Source: a virus. Taken from it: a stretch of DNA of 64,000 bases. The notes below the pieces were generated by a model. That model was not told the DNA's origin. It did no database searches and worked only from the letters and a program-made list of their open reading frames with translations. Positions 25,301 through 38,900 of this stretch are shown in pieces. The stretch covers positions 1-64,000 of IMG/VR virus record IMGVR_UViG_3300022562_000520, one strand, 5' to 3'. Positions within the stretch are counted from its first letter, which is position 1. Each line of letters opens with the position of its first letter. The translations under genes and the position numbers were made by a program.

Positions 25301-26497
25301 TTATATTTGTGTTCTTGCTACAGATATTGTAAGTGTATATGTAATAGTAAGAGTTCTATTAGCGGCTTTTAATACTGGCGCAAAAATTAAATGCGTAAGG
25401 AGTCTTTCTTGTTCTTTAGCAGAGTTAACAGGATTATTTTGTTCACCCTTATCATTACCATCTACCGCAGGTTGTATCGTACCACCTAAACCATCTGCGC
25501 CTGCAAACAAGTCTGTATAGGTTGTGCCTGCCGTTATTCTAACTTTTGAAGTTGAACCAGTAGTACCACTAGTGAAGCGTAAAAATCCATATGTTTGTGC
25601 ACCTTCGATAGAAGGATACGTACCAAATGTCGTATCTGTTATAGAAACCGTTGCGCCGCCTGGCATTGGTCCAGAAACACCCCATGCAAGACCCAAACCG
25701 GATGTTGCATTATTTAAAGCTTCACACAATTCACCATATGTAGGATAATCAGAAGGTGGTGTAAAACTAATTTCGGTTGCAGGATCGCCATCGGTTACAG
25801 CTTGGTCAACTGTAATTTTAAAACTATATGTTTTTGTTGAAAGTAATGGTGTTTGATCTGTTGAAGATTTTTCACCAACGTCTAAATCGTTAACACCTGC
25901 GGAAGCAGAAGCTGGAAGACCAGAAGTAAAAAGTGCAATTTCATCAAAAGTGAAAGAACTATCTATATTATTTGATGTTTGGTCATTTGATAACTGGCCA
26001 GTAGGTTCATCTGGATTAAGAACGCATACAATTTCAACTTCTGAGGTTAAACCGAGTTCGCGACTGCGTACACCTGGTCCTGAAACGTGTTCTACAGAAT
26101 CTGGATCACCAGAAGCAACAGCACCACCGCCCGGACGGGTTCCAACGCGTGAATCTGCTGAACCCGGGTCAGTACCTATTAATGCATCACTATCATCAAC
26201 AACTTCTGAATATGTTTCATTATATAAACGTGATTCCCACGTCTGTGTATCAGGAGGTTGTCCATCGTTTGGTTTTTTAAATGAAATTGTATAGGCGGCG
26301 TCAATTTCTGTACCGCCATTACCAAATGCAAGTCTGTAAATTCTTGAATTATCTTCGTTAGCTAAAGCTCTTGCGATAACACGCGCCATATTTTGTGGAT
26401 GAACGGCGTTGTCTTTATCAACGAAAACAGTTCCAAGATCGTCTTCGATTTTGCAATGTCCGTGGACTTCCATTGGTAGGTTTAGTGTGTGCTGCAT
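25301..26497 (-). CDS. virion structural protein (baseplate/fibre-attachment type)
   Basis: LAFGNGG, FDEIAL, LLTHLIFAPVLKAANR..ITYTLTI motifs; late promoter upstream. Confidence 0.7.
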   Translation of the reverse strand: MQHTLNLPMEVHGHCKIEDDLGTVFVDKDNAVHPQNMARVIARALANEDNSRIYRLAFGNGGTEIDAAYTISFKKPNDGQPPDTQTWESRLYNETYSEVVDDSDALIGTDPGSADSRVGTRPGGGAVASGDPDSVEHVSGPGVRSRELGLTSEVEIVCVLNPDEPTGQLSNDQTSNNIDSSFTFDEIALFTSGLPASASAGVNDLDVGEKSSTDQTPLLSTKTYSFKITVDQAVTDGDPATEISFTPPSDYPTYGELCEALNNATSGLGLAWGVSGPMPGGATVSITDTTFGTYPSIEGAQTYGFLRFTSGTTGSTSKVRITAGTTYTDLFAGADGLGGTIQPAVDGNDKGEQNNPVNSAKEQERLLTHLIFAPVLKAANRTLTITYTLTISVARTQI

Positions 26498-26518
26498 TAA
26501 ATTAGCTCCTATTTCGTA

Positions 26519-26526
26519 TATTTATA
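26519..26526 (-). promoter_or_regulatory. T4-type late promoter TATAAATA
   Basis: Exact match 22 nt upstream of ATG 26497. Confidence 0.7.
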
Positions 26527-26529
26527 AGC

Positions 26530-26787
26530 TTAACTATTACGAGAAAAGCTAGATGAATCGTTCCGTGTTATACGTCTAACACTTGTAGTTAATTGTTTTA
26601 TCATGTTATTAAATGCTACAGGTTCCACCATACATTTACCAAGATCGTACCTGTTAATAAATTCGTCATCGACATTGGTGAAGACAAAAGTGCCTTTATT
26701 TCCATTGATTTCAATGTCTATTAATTCGACATCGTTTAATCGCAAAACTGCTGCTAGGATGATGTCCGTCGTTCTAAAAGATTCCAT
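26530..26787 (-). CDS. small hypothetical protein (DUF5659-like)
   Basis: FRTTDIILAAVL...FVF pattern; CATAAATA at 26809-26816. Confidence 0.65.
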   Translation of the reverse strand: MESFRTTDIILAAVLRLNDVELIDIEINGNKGTFVFTNVDDEFINRYDLGKCMVEPVAFNNMIKQLTTSVRRITRNDSSSFSRNS

Positions 26788-26822
26788 TTTGTTTTCCTTT
26801 TTTCATTATATTTATGTTAATA

Positions 26823-29800
26823 TCATATAGATTCTACCCAACCACCTGTAATACCAGTATTTGTTAGGGCTTCTATGGTCGTAATTGTTGTTCTTATACC
26901 ATCAAAAACTGGTGCAGATTCTACACTATAAACACCATCATTATTAGGAGAACCTAAAGAATGTGATATTTTGATAGTTTGTGCAGGAGAACCCCCTATA
27001 ATATCGGCTGTAGCATCACCATAAACGATTATAGAATTTGTTCCTGTTGCTATAATCATGTATTGGAACCACTGTTGAAACAGCGCTTTACCACTTTCAA
27101 TTGTGGGAGAACCGCCAAAAATACCAGTGTTTGGCAGCGTTCCTGCAATAGTTAATGCTACATGACTATTTGGCGATCCGTACATTTCCGCATCTAAAAT
27201 TGTATAATTTCCATCATAATTAGGCGAAGATATAGATCCAGTAATTTCAATGGTTGTGTCGGCTAGCGTTCTAACCTCTGGTGAGCCAGTAATAGGCGAA
27301 CCAGTAATAGGTTTAAATATATTATATACTTCACCAGTTGAGGTATCTGGAATATATATCTTGCTTATTTCTGGTGATGTTGATACTAATTGGGTTCCGT
27401 CTATGTAAAACTTGTAACCCTTTAACATATTAAAGTCTTCCGTTATAGAAGTATCTGCATCCCACGAACCTACAAAAGTATTGGTAGCAAGACCGCCATA
27501 ATTAAAGATTTTAGCTTCAATAAAATCATCTACACTTAATGCGGGAGTGATTATTTCAAACGTTGTTTCTGATAGTATATTAAATTCTGCGCGAGTACCA
27601 TTGACGAAAACCTCTATTAACGTTGGATCGGTAACACCAGGAGAACCTATTACTGGAATCGTTAATGAAGATAATATGTATGTTGTTTGTGCTACAGATG
27701 TTTCTGTTTCACCAGCAATAAAAGTTTCCGATCCAATATTAATTCTAGTTGAAGATGCTGGTATAAGTTCATTATAACCCGGGACTTTCGTATATTCAAG
27801 TATCCAACCAGTATCTAAATTATTTAAAGTTGATGGCACAGGATAGCTTAAACTATTTCTATCATAATACTGATAAACTGTTCTATAATACATGTATCCT
27901 GTTGTAGTATCATTCCAATAAATTTTATTTAATGGCACTTCCTTCCAACCTATAGATGGTGAACCAGGTAACAACATTGTATATAATTTCAATGTACCAG
28001 GACCATTAGGGCTACCTGTATTTGAAGCTGTATCAAACCATAAATCATCTTCTACTGGGGAAACGGGTTCTGTTGCAGAAACTGTAACAGTGGGTGCAGT
28101 TGTAGAAAAAATAGTTAATGGAAGATCATAACCAAGGGCACCTATACTGTTTCCATGTGCTATAATATCATCAGAAGCCCAAACACCATGTCCATTAATA
28201 TAAAGTTTATCACGTATGGCTACTTTAACATAAGTTTCTGGTACAACATCACACAGCTGTGGTGTTTCGCCAAATCCCGGCGTTGCATATGTCAAACTAC
28301 CGCCCACAAATTCATGTATTTCACCAGTTGCATCAGTAGTATCAATGCGCTCATTGATATAAATTTTGGTTAGATTAGTAGAAGCATTATATGAAGTACT
28401 ATTAACTGTATAAAATCCATCGTTTCGTACTGAAGAAATAACATTAAATGCTGAATTCATTGGAAATATTTTAGTATAATCTCCAGATACTACAAATGCA
28501 TTTTCGGGTTCTATTGGAGAACCACCCTTTGCTATTACACCAATTACTAATTTTCCACGCTGATGGTTTATTATATCTTCAATAACACGAATTTGTGTTT
28601 CACCATTTTTAAACTTTGAACCAAGAACGGTATATTTACCTTTATATTTTCCAGTATTAACCAATAAGGTTATACCTTGTTTGAAGAAATCACTATAATC
28701 ACCATCTACTATAAACACGTTAGATGGTATATCAAATTTTACATAACCATTTATATTTGGATCATGAATGCTTGCTACACCGATTCTTGTAGCATAATCA
28801 CTTATCAATGGTTCAAAAATATATTGAATGTCAGTTATAATATAAGTGGTATTATTATCTGTAGAACCTGTGACTGTTATCTCATCACCAACAAAAACAT
28901 TACTATTTTCATAATTACCCTCTACTACAAAATATGTAGGTGATCCTTGTGAAAGGTTAACAATAGGTGCATATACGGTACCTTCATCTGGTTTTTGCAA
29001 CAGACTTTCTGGTGCTGTAGCATTAAAATATCGTAACGCATTACTGTATCCTAGCACACGATTGTAATTAAGATTACCAATACCAACGACCGATACATAT
29101 TTTTGATTTGCATCTGGATTTTCCGCCGGTGGGGTAAATGACATGCCTGTTATATAAACAGTAGTATAGGAACTAATAATACTAGTACCTTCCGTATAAG
29201 TTACATTTGTAGAAGCAAAACTACCAGTGTTATTGTCATCTATTAATTTTACAAATCCACCTGCTATATTTGAACGTATAATTTGATTTTCTACGGGGAT
29301 TCGCGTTGCTACTTGTTCAGGAGAACCAAATGTTACTACGGTTGCACCCGATGGTGAACCTGTAGGACCTTTAACAATATATGCACCATCATTGTCATCG
29401 GAATCTGTTACAAAGAAGATTGTACCTTCTGAAAATAATGCTGTTCTATCACCCAATACATAAAATTCACTACCAGAATATGCTGGTGATCCAGCACCTG
29501 GTGTGGCCATAACAATACCATCTTTTGTATAGCTTGTTATTCTAAAAATTATATTATTGCTTGGTGAAAAGAACGCACGTTGATCACCTACAAGTACAAA
29601 CGAGTTACTAGTAAATGAAGGAAAGCTAGTTATAGTTTGACCTGGGTCTGGTGAAACTATTGGAAATACGTCTGGACTATCAAATCCAAGAGTACCAAAT
29701 CCATCATCTAAACAGTCGTCTGGTGTAATAGAAGAACCATATACCATGTCTATATCAAATAAAAACTTTTCGAGCATAGTAACATCAATAAGTTCAATAC

Positions 29801-29912
29801 CAACGTATTCAACTAAAGATTCTATTACTTTTGTATGATACGGTTTAATGTCTTCTATGTAATCTATAAGACCTTGAACCGGATCCAAATTTTTAATGCT
29901 ACTTGATGCCAT
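26823..29912 (-). CDS. large virion structural protein (baseplate-associated) with repeated beta modules
   Basis: DYIEDIKPYHTK N-terminal motif; repeated F.V.GD...NDG.Y.V modules; 14 GSP motifs. Confidence 0.75.
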   Translation of the reverse strand: MASSSIKNLDPVQGLIDYIEDIKPYHTKVIESLVEYVGIELIDVTMLEKFLFDIDMVYGSSITPDDCLDDGFGTLGFDSPDVFPIVSPDPGQTITSFPSFTSNSFVLVGDQRAFFSPSNNIIFRITSYTKDGIVMATPGAGSPAYSGSEFYVLGDRTALFSEGTIFFVTDSDDNDGAYIVKGPTGSPSGATVVTFGSPEQVATRIPVENQIIRSNIAGGFVKLIDDNNTGSFASTNVTYTEGTSIISSYTTVYITGMSFTPPAENPDANQKYVSVVGIGNLNYNRVLGYSNALRYFNATAPESLLQKPDEGTVYAPIVNLSQGSPTYFVVEGNYENSNVFVGDEITVTGSTDNNTTYIITDIQYIFEPLISDYATRIGVASIHDPNINGYVKFDIPSNVFIVDGDYSDFFKQGITLLVNTGKYKGKYTVLGSKFKNGETQIRVIEDIINHQRGKLVIGVIAKGGSPIEPENAFVVSGDYTKIFPMNSAFNVISSVRNDGFYTVNSTSYNASTNLTKIYINERIDTTDATGEIHEFVGGSLTYATPGFGETPQLCDVVPETYVKVAIRDKLYINGHGVWASDDIIAHGNSIGALGYDLPLTIFSTTAPTVTVSATEPVSPVEDDLWFDTASNTGSPNGPGTLKLYTMLLPGSPSIGWKEVPLNKIYWNDTTTGYMYYRTVYQYYDRNSLSYPVPSTLNNLDTGWILEYTKVPGYNELIPASSTRINIGSETFIAGETETSVAQTTYILSSLTIPVIGSPGVTDPTLIEVFVNGTRAEFNILSETTFEIITPALSVDDFIEAKIFNYGGLATNTFVGSWDADTSITEDFNMLKGYKFYIDGTQLVSTSPEISKIYIPDTSTGEVYNIFKPITGSPITGSPEVRTLADTTIEITGSISSPNYDGNYTILDAEMYGSPNSHVALTIAGTLPNTGIFGGSPTIESGKALFQQWFQYMIIATGTNSIIVYGDATADIIGGSPAQTIKISHSLGSPNNDGVYSVESAPVFDGIRTTITTIEALTNTGITGGWVESI

Positions 29913-29928
29913 TTATATCGCCTTATAA

Positions 29929-32900
29929 TTAATCATCGAATATGCCAGATGTTTGAAATGGTCTAATACCATGTAATGATATCATCGATGTTTTAAATAT
30001 ATCAGGGTATTTAGCTTTGGTTGTAAATGCATCGTGCAATACCGAGAAGTATATTCTATTAACATGTGTATAAGAAAAATTATTATATATTTCATCCATC
30101 GCAGCAATTATATTATCTGCTGTATCAAAACTATTTTCGGTGAAGAAGCTGTCAATATTGATTGGACTAAAATCTATATTTGGATCTATAAGATATGCCA
30201 ATATAGTTCTTAATGCTAAATCACCATTTACGAATGCTTGGCCTGTTCCTAATCCGTATCGTGTATCAGTTCCATATTTTTCATCGTAGAGTTCACGTTC
30301 ATATGATGGTACCCTGATTGTTGTGTCTGCTAAAGTATAACCTATAATAGATTCTGTGATTTTATCCCACTGCCATCTATCAATATTAAATTGTTGTTCT
30401 CTTCTAAAAATTTTCCATTCTTCGTGAAGGTTCTTTAGATCGGTGCTTCCATTAGTTAAACTATCATTTTCAAGATTGTCACGAAGTGTAAAGTCCCTTG
30501 TAAATCTTATAGTATAACGATTATCAGCATTAACAATACCTTGAAGACCGCGTATTATAGCTTGTGTAAATCTGTTTGGTAACTTCTGTGGAATACTATC
30601 AACGGCAGTATATGTAATAGTTATTTCATCATTATTCGCTGGAAAATTTGGACTACCTGGAACGGCATTAATTACAATGACATTAGTTCCAGCCGTAAAA
30701 CTGAAATGACCTTCGGTAGATATTAAATCAATACCATTAACTTCTACATAAACATTGGTTCCTTCAGCAATATTATAATCAGTATAATATGTTATTGCTG
30801 GTGGTGAACCACCTATCGATGGTGGTGAACCTGTTACAGTTGTTAGTTCACGACGAAGTACTAATGAAGTTTCCGCCGTTATACTTGATTCGGCTTGAGG
30901 ATTCTGGAAAAACATGTGTGCAGCTGGAATACTAGCAAGTTGTACTTGCGCTTCTGCTATAGACATGGTTCTATTCTTATCTCTAGGTTTAGTACCTTTG
31001 TTTGTTACCCAAAAATAATAATTATAAAATAAGTTACCAAGTGTATCGTAATATGGTACTTGTGTATATTCATATTCTTGGCGATATGTTTCTGGTGAAC
31101 CTGCAAGTAAAATATCTATATCATCTTGATTTGTAGGTACAAATTGGACAAAACGTATAACATCCGCTTCTTTAATAAATGCATCATTAACAACATATCC
31201 TGATGTTATATCTGCATTTTCTTCATATATTATTCCATTAATATACACATTGGCATAATATTTTGTAGTTTCTGGCGAACCTTCAATAACGGAATCAAAA
31301 TTAACCAATGAAGGAGTGAAAGTATAATTATTTCCAGATAATACACCATCAATTGCTGTATACAATTCTACAAATTTATTAACAGCCGGTACCCAATCAG
31401 ATCCAACCTTTCTAAGTAAAATCTTCCTTGCTGTTCCAGCTTTTCTTAAATGTTCTTCTATTGTTCTATCACCCTCTTCAATAGCGGCAAGAGCATCCCA
31501 TTCTGCCGGTGGAACATCAGATTCAACCCATTCATAAATTTCTATATTACTCCAATCAGCAAGGTTGCCCCAGTTTCTAAAACGTTCTGTTCTGTCTGGA
31601 AACATCTGTTCACTATAGTATGGAACATAGTCAAGGTTTTCCGTATTTAACCAAGTTGTACCAACAAAACCATCTTTCCAAATATCAACATAGTTTTGCG
31701 TTTGTGAAGTAACACCATAACGCGCAGGATCATTTTCATTAATAAGATCTATATTATGAATAGCGGTAGTATAATGTTTTCCACGGGCAGGGTCCCAAAA
31801 CTGAATTGGTGATATTTGTGTTTCTGCTTCCCTGTCAATTATTCTTGCGGGGTTCTGTGCATCATCATTATAGCGCAATCCCCATATAGTAACATTATTA
31901 ACAGTATTTGGTGAACCGCCAGTTCCTTCAAGCCATTCAATAATATTATTATTAATGATATTGTAATGGGTTCCTTCTGTTAATGTTACAGTTGTACCAG
32001 TATCTACAAATTCTTGCGTAACTTCAACAAAATCTGCATCTAAATCGTGTTTAATATATGAAGAGCCATTATTAGTTATGAAATCTGTGGGCGAGTTACC
32101 ATAATTCCACTTATTCTTTATCTTCATATCAAAATACATTACTTTACCATTGTCACGTAAAACTTTAGTTTGATCTGGTTGATTATACCATCGATCAGTA
32201 TTTGACATTTTAATAGCAGTAAAAGTATTTTCTACAGAAGATTCATTAGTTTCATTATCTATGAATTCTAATCGTAATTCATTGGAGCGTGCATCAGCTG
32301 TCGCAACAAACATTTCAGGATATTCTTTTTCGCCAGTGGAACCAAAACTACCAACTTTAACAGCCCAATAATCGTCAACCTTAGCATCTATAAATCTGCG
32401 TGAATTAATATATGCCGTTACAGCATTTATAGAACCCTTGGCTTGAATCTGTCCTCTCCAGAATAAAAATTGTGATTTATTTGAAAGGTTTAAATTGGAT
32501 AAGTAATCTTTAGTACCTTCGTATCCCAATCCGTTACGTGCATATTCTGTCATTAGATTAGTTTCAAGCGTACGATATGTATCATATGCATTGCGAAGAT
32601 TTTCAACGCTTGCTTCTATATTTTCATTTAAGTTTGCACCTTGGTTAAAGAAAGTACTAAGGTAATATCCACCTACGTTTGGACGTTGGGTAAATTCCTT
32701 TTGTCTATTGAATAACATTTCGTATTTTGTTACATTCAATCCTATAAATGGGTCGTATAATAAATTATCTTCAGAAGTATAATTATTGAGAACCATTACA
32801 TGTTCATATGCATCTGTAAATAAATGTAATCCACCAAGATGTAATCTTGTATAAGCATCGGATATTAATGGTAACGTTTCGCCTTCGACGGCATCAAGTA

Positions 32901-35900
32901 CTTCTATTTTTGTCAATTTATCTTGTCTATAAACGCGCAATTGGTCTGTAGAAATTCTGTCCCCATTCTGATTAAATATTAGTTGTGTAGATCTTACATC
33001 CGCAGATGGACCTGTAATAACATTAGAAACTATACCAACAGTTGGTTCAAACCATATGGCGTTTCTAAATGGGTTAATTTCAAAATCTTTAATAGATGCT
33101 CTAAATTCTCTTGGCTTAGAAACAGAAAGATTACCAACACCTGAAATTGATAGTATATCAATTGCGATACCATCTTTAGCGCCTTGTTTTGTGGCTGATA
33201 ATCTAAAAGTATCAAGGGTATCACGTATTACATAATAACGGATACCTTGTGACAATGGTGTTGGGAAAACGTTATTTGAAGAAATAACGATAACTGGATC
33301 GCCTGTTATAAATGTTCTATTTGTGTCAACAAATGTAAATGTATCCGTTGTTATATCAACAGTTACAGGATATCTATCATTAAGTTGTTCTCTGAGTACG
33401 CGCTGCGAATACGCATATGTGATAAAGCGCTCTGTTTCTGTTTGCCAGTTAAGAATTTTTCCTGATGTTGGATCTTGTAATGTATGATCATTATTAACTT
33501 TCCAGCCGATATCATCAAGATATGAAGCATATCCTTGAATTATATTAACCAGCGTTTGCATTCCTTGAATTTCTTGAGGTGTATTAATTTCTAAAATGTT
33601 TGTTTTATCAAGTGCGTAAATTCTCCAATTCGTATTAGATCTGGCACCAGAATCTGCAAGGAATGTACTTACAATTTGACCAACAAAATGATCACTGCGA
33701 CCAGCCGATGTTATATCTATAGGAATTCCAGCTATAGCATTATTGTATGTTTCAGCTACTTTAAATGTTGTATCAGAAAGGCGTATAATATAATACTTTG
33801 TTGTACCTAATATTGTATCTGTAGCTAATGGTATTGGCATAGTTTCAGCCGTAGAAAGATAGATGGTATCACCGGTTTCCCATGGTATAGTTCTATAATC
33901 AGCCTTAATTACACCAGAAATTTCTGCGTCTGGAATGTTATTACTAACAAAAATTGTAGTTAATTTGGTTGTAGTATCGTAAGATGAAAGTTCTATATCA
34001 TAGGTAGCATCATTTCCTATAGAACCTTGAATATCAAATTGACTTCCGGCAATAAGTGTGGATGTCTGATCCCCAGCTATAGTAAATGTCTTATTAAAAG
34101 TATCTAAATCCTTTATCTCCCAAGTATACAATGAACAAATATCCGTATCTGGATCGGCATAAAATTGATAATTATGCACATCATAATATTTTAAATTTCT
34201 ACTAATAGAAATATTAGTTTTAAGTTCAAATCTCCAATCAATATGATTATCATATCTTGCAAGATTATAAGGTACATTTGTTATTGATACTTTAAGTGCA
34301 TCTAACCAATAATCATTAATTCCAGGTGCGCGTTTAGCTACAATATTATAATCAAAATTAGAAACGTTTACATATCTGTGAGCAAATGTTAAAGATGGCG
34401 TATCAATAAAAGAGGCAAATTGATATGTTAATGGGGCTGTCCAACCAGTCCACATTTCTCTAAAATTAGAAAAGTTGGCATCATAACCAGAATATCTATT
34501 ATAGTTAACATACCATTGGTTCATACCATTGCTTTTATATTGTTGATTATCTACAACTTCACCATGAAAATCAACACGTGTATGACTTGCCGTATTTTTT
34601 ATACGCTTACTAACTTGTAATCCACCTATAGTAGTTAAATCAAAACCGAAAGCTAAGAAGGAAAAGCGCATAGGATCTATACGAAAAGCAACTGTAAGTT
34701 GATCATATAAAAATTGTGAAGAAACGCGCCATTCCCATTCTATATTACCAGCATCACCGAAAACATAGCTTGCATTTGGAGATATAACTTCCGTAGTATA
34801 ACTAGAAAATAATGAACGTACTAATACATCGTAATTTTGCGGAATACCATTAAATGCAGTTATATAATCCCAATATGGTGGAAATACATCATCTGGATTA
34901 TATGTAGTGGTACCGCCATCTGCACTAAGTGGACGATTGGAGATATTAACACTAAAATAATTAAACGTAGGCAAATCTGGAACAGATAAGCCAAGTAAAG
35001 TATCTTCGCTAGGTACACCGCTCATTCCAAGAACACCATTCGGATATGTTCTATTTGGTGGAATCACTCCTATACGAATATTTTCCCACATTCCATATGC
35101 TTGTAATATTTTTCCAGAAGGAATATCACTAGCTACTGACTGTTCTAATTTTATAGAAGTTATATTTGTAAGTGGATCATATAACAATCCATTTATAAAA
35201 TGATCTGTTGTATTAAATTCACCAACATCTATAGATTCTTCTACCGTTATAATAAATGTATTCAATGAATGACTTACACTTTTAATAGTAAATGATTTTA
35301 TAAGTATGTTGTATACTGGATTTATTGTACGTTCAGCTATAGAAAATACCATTCCAACTTGATATATGTCCGCAGCTGGATCTGGTGGAAGGTCTTCTAT
35401 AACAAAAGAGGCTGATCCTGCTGAACCTGGATTTATCGCTATTAAATCATCACGCGATGCTATAGTATATACACCCGCATGTGTTACAGATTCATCAACT
35501 GTAAAAGATTGTCCTGAATAGAAATTTGTATGAAAATCACCGGCAATTCCAAATTGGCCATAAGTGATAGGACTTCCCAACAGTGATTGACCATCAAATC
35601 CATCATTATTAGAAAGGACAATATCAAACCCATGTTTGTATTTCCACTTTCTATCACCCCATTGTTCTACGTCATCATTAAGATATTCTTCATCCCACCA
35701 ATCTGGTTTATCAATATATCCCTGTAAAACCCAAGGTTCTGCATGTGGATATGGGGTTCCATAAATTTTAGTATATAAATCTCTCCAATCGCCACCGGAT
35801 TCTGAACCATCATTAAGGTTATTGGGTTGTGATATTGTTATTAGGCTAGGTAAAACACCAGAATATATTATACCACGGGTGCCATCCAATACATCACCTT

Positions 35901-38900
35901 CAACGAAAATACGTGTAGTATCATTCCCACTATCATAATATGTTGTAGGTGTAGTAGGTGTAGATAGTAATGTTTTCCAAGTACCATCGTTTACTGAAGA
36001 ATTCTTAATATAGAAGGTAATTTGTGAATTACATGCACCGCTATCTGTGCATGGATCAAAAGTTGCAACGTAATCACCTGCTACTAAGAAAGAATTAGTA
36101 AGACCATCAGCTTCCAATATCGTTAATCCACCACCAATAGATGAATTTTTATAGTTCCATGTAAATGCATCTGATGCATTATATTCTGTATTTTTATATG
36201 GTGATGTAATTTCATTTTGTGAAACATAATCTAAGAATGCTTCTTCTAAATATTGTTGATATTTAACAGGGTTATCGTTAGCTAATTGTTCAAAATCATA
36301 AGCAAGATTTGGAAATGTAGGAACATTGTCATATAAACGCGTTTCAATTTCATAGATAGTATCCCCCAATAAAGTATCAAGGTTTACTTCTTGCCATGCA
36401 GAAATTGTTGCGGTTGTTACATCATTTGGATCTGTTCCATTATGCAATCTTCCACCACCCAATAATAGACCTGTTACTTCATTCCATTCTACATTACCCT
36501 GATAATCAGTTTCTTTTATACGTAAAACTTCTAAACTTGGTGTCAAATCCATCCACAACGTTCCATCTGGAAGTGATGATGATGGTTGATCTTCACCAGA
36601 TTCTGCCACAATATAACGATATAATATGTTAGGTTCACCAGATTTAATTTGATACCAATAAACACCTTCTCTGTTTGATATAGCATCAAAGCTTGTTAAA
36701 AATTCGGAAATATTGTCGGGTGGAGACATTGATGATGTTACACCAATACCTCTATCAATAGTTCTAGGATCTGGTGAAGATACTACTAATTGAGAAATAA
36801 TATCTTTTGTAGCTTGTGTTAATTTATAACTATGACGATGGCCATCATGATGAACAACATCATTAAGGGACAAATTATCATCGACTATTCTATTAGGAGT
36901 CATAGCATTGACAAGATTAATATATGGAAGTGTGGCAATCCAATTTCTAATACCAATATCATTACTACCTTCTACATCTATAAAAGTTGTAGAATCTCCA
37001 TATACAAATGATGCTTGATCATTTAATTCGTGTTCTGTTATAACATTAGTAGCAACATAAGAAGATAAATCTAGGATGTTTGCTATTTCTAAATTTGTAA
37101 GTAAAGATATAGCATTTTCACGATAAATTTCTTTAACTGAATTTAGTAACTTTTCATATTGATCGTGGGCAAATTCTATTAATGTTCTTGGTGTAACAGT
37201 ATCAATAAAAATGGATGATAGTAAATTATCAAAACCATAGTTAAATTCTTTAATAGTTCCACCATATCCATAATTTACGTCATTAATAGGTAATAAATTA
37301 AACATACCATCTTTAGAGCCTGTATAACCAGGAATCAATGGTTGTTCTTCAATAATTGTTGAAAAATGTGTTAATAATTCGCGGGAATTTAAATATTTGC
37401 GATTTTCATGTAAATGATTATAATATAATGGATCTGGTATTTCCCAATCACCGATCCACGTGCCTGTAGAAGAAAGATGGTTAATCTGACTTTGGAACCA
37501 TTCTTGTGTTGCCTGTGTAATGGCTTCTGCTTCTATAGTATATGTTCCTTTAAGTATTAATTCAGCAGCACGAGCTGTGATATAATCATCCTTCTCTGTA
37601 TTATATTCTTCTAATGAACGTACATCCCAATCTACTTTTTCTGGAATATACATTTCATCGTTTAATCCACCTTTCCAAATGGTTTGTAAATTTATATCCG
37701 TTACATAGTTATCAAATTTTTCAATTTCTACCCATATATTACCAGATACAAATCTTCTATATAATTTATCTAATACAGGATTATACCAATATAATCCATC
37801 AATAGCACGTAAACGAGAGTCTGGTTCTACTTCACTAACTATAGCTTTAGTATAGTGTTCTGACATTTCTGTCTTATCGCTCCATTCTACACCTCTCCAA
37901 AAATATACAACCTGTGTATCAGGATTATACCAATAATCTTCTTCTTTATTAGCATAATCACGATAGGCATATAAAACACCGTCATCTTCTTCTAGTAAAA
38001 ATTGGTCAAATTCATATATGTCATTGACTGAATCATATACTATACGAAATCCAGTATTAACATTAATTTCATATTCCGAGGATGTTCTATATCCAAAAAT
38101 TGGATTAGCTTTATATGCTGGCGTTCCATCAACATTAAATATATCAAATAACGGATATTGATTAGTTCTAGTTTTTATCTGTTCTACTTTACGATAATTA
38201 ATTAAACTTATAGCAGAATCACCAACTAAATCATAAGTTTCATCACTTTCTACCATTCTAACTTTATTTAAATGACTACCCAATTCATCAATAGAAGAAG
38301 CACCTACTTCAATAGCAACATTTAATCCAGCATCAACTGGGTTAAAAAATTCTATACCAACTACATAAACAGTTATACCATTTTTATTAGAAGAAAAGTC
38401 AGGATCAGCATCAGGTTGAATTGGTGATGTGATATTTGATATATCACCGCTTATTGTAGCACCTGGTGGAATTCCTGGACTACCGCTGACACGTATTCTA
38501 TTTGAATTAGGTACAGTTGGTGGTATAACTTGAAAATCCATAGTTCCAAAATTGCTATTTCCAGATACACGAATTGTATCACCAGTATTAAAATATTGTG
38601 AGTAATTTCCATCAACTATAAATTCATTCGTATCATAATCTATGGATATAATATCTAAAACTACTTCACCCAATTCATCATATGTTCCAAATTGGCGTTC
38701 TATATCAGTTCCAGCTGCATTAGTAAGGTAAACACGTATATCATCAAAACCATATAATGCTTGACGATTCAATGGACGGGTGTGTCCTACTTCTATACTA
38801 TCAGTTAGATAAAATGTTGACCAACTATTTCCCGGTGAACCGACCTTTGTTACGAAATATTTTTGTTGATATGCCGATGTTGTATATTCATAAACTTCAC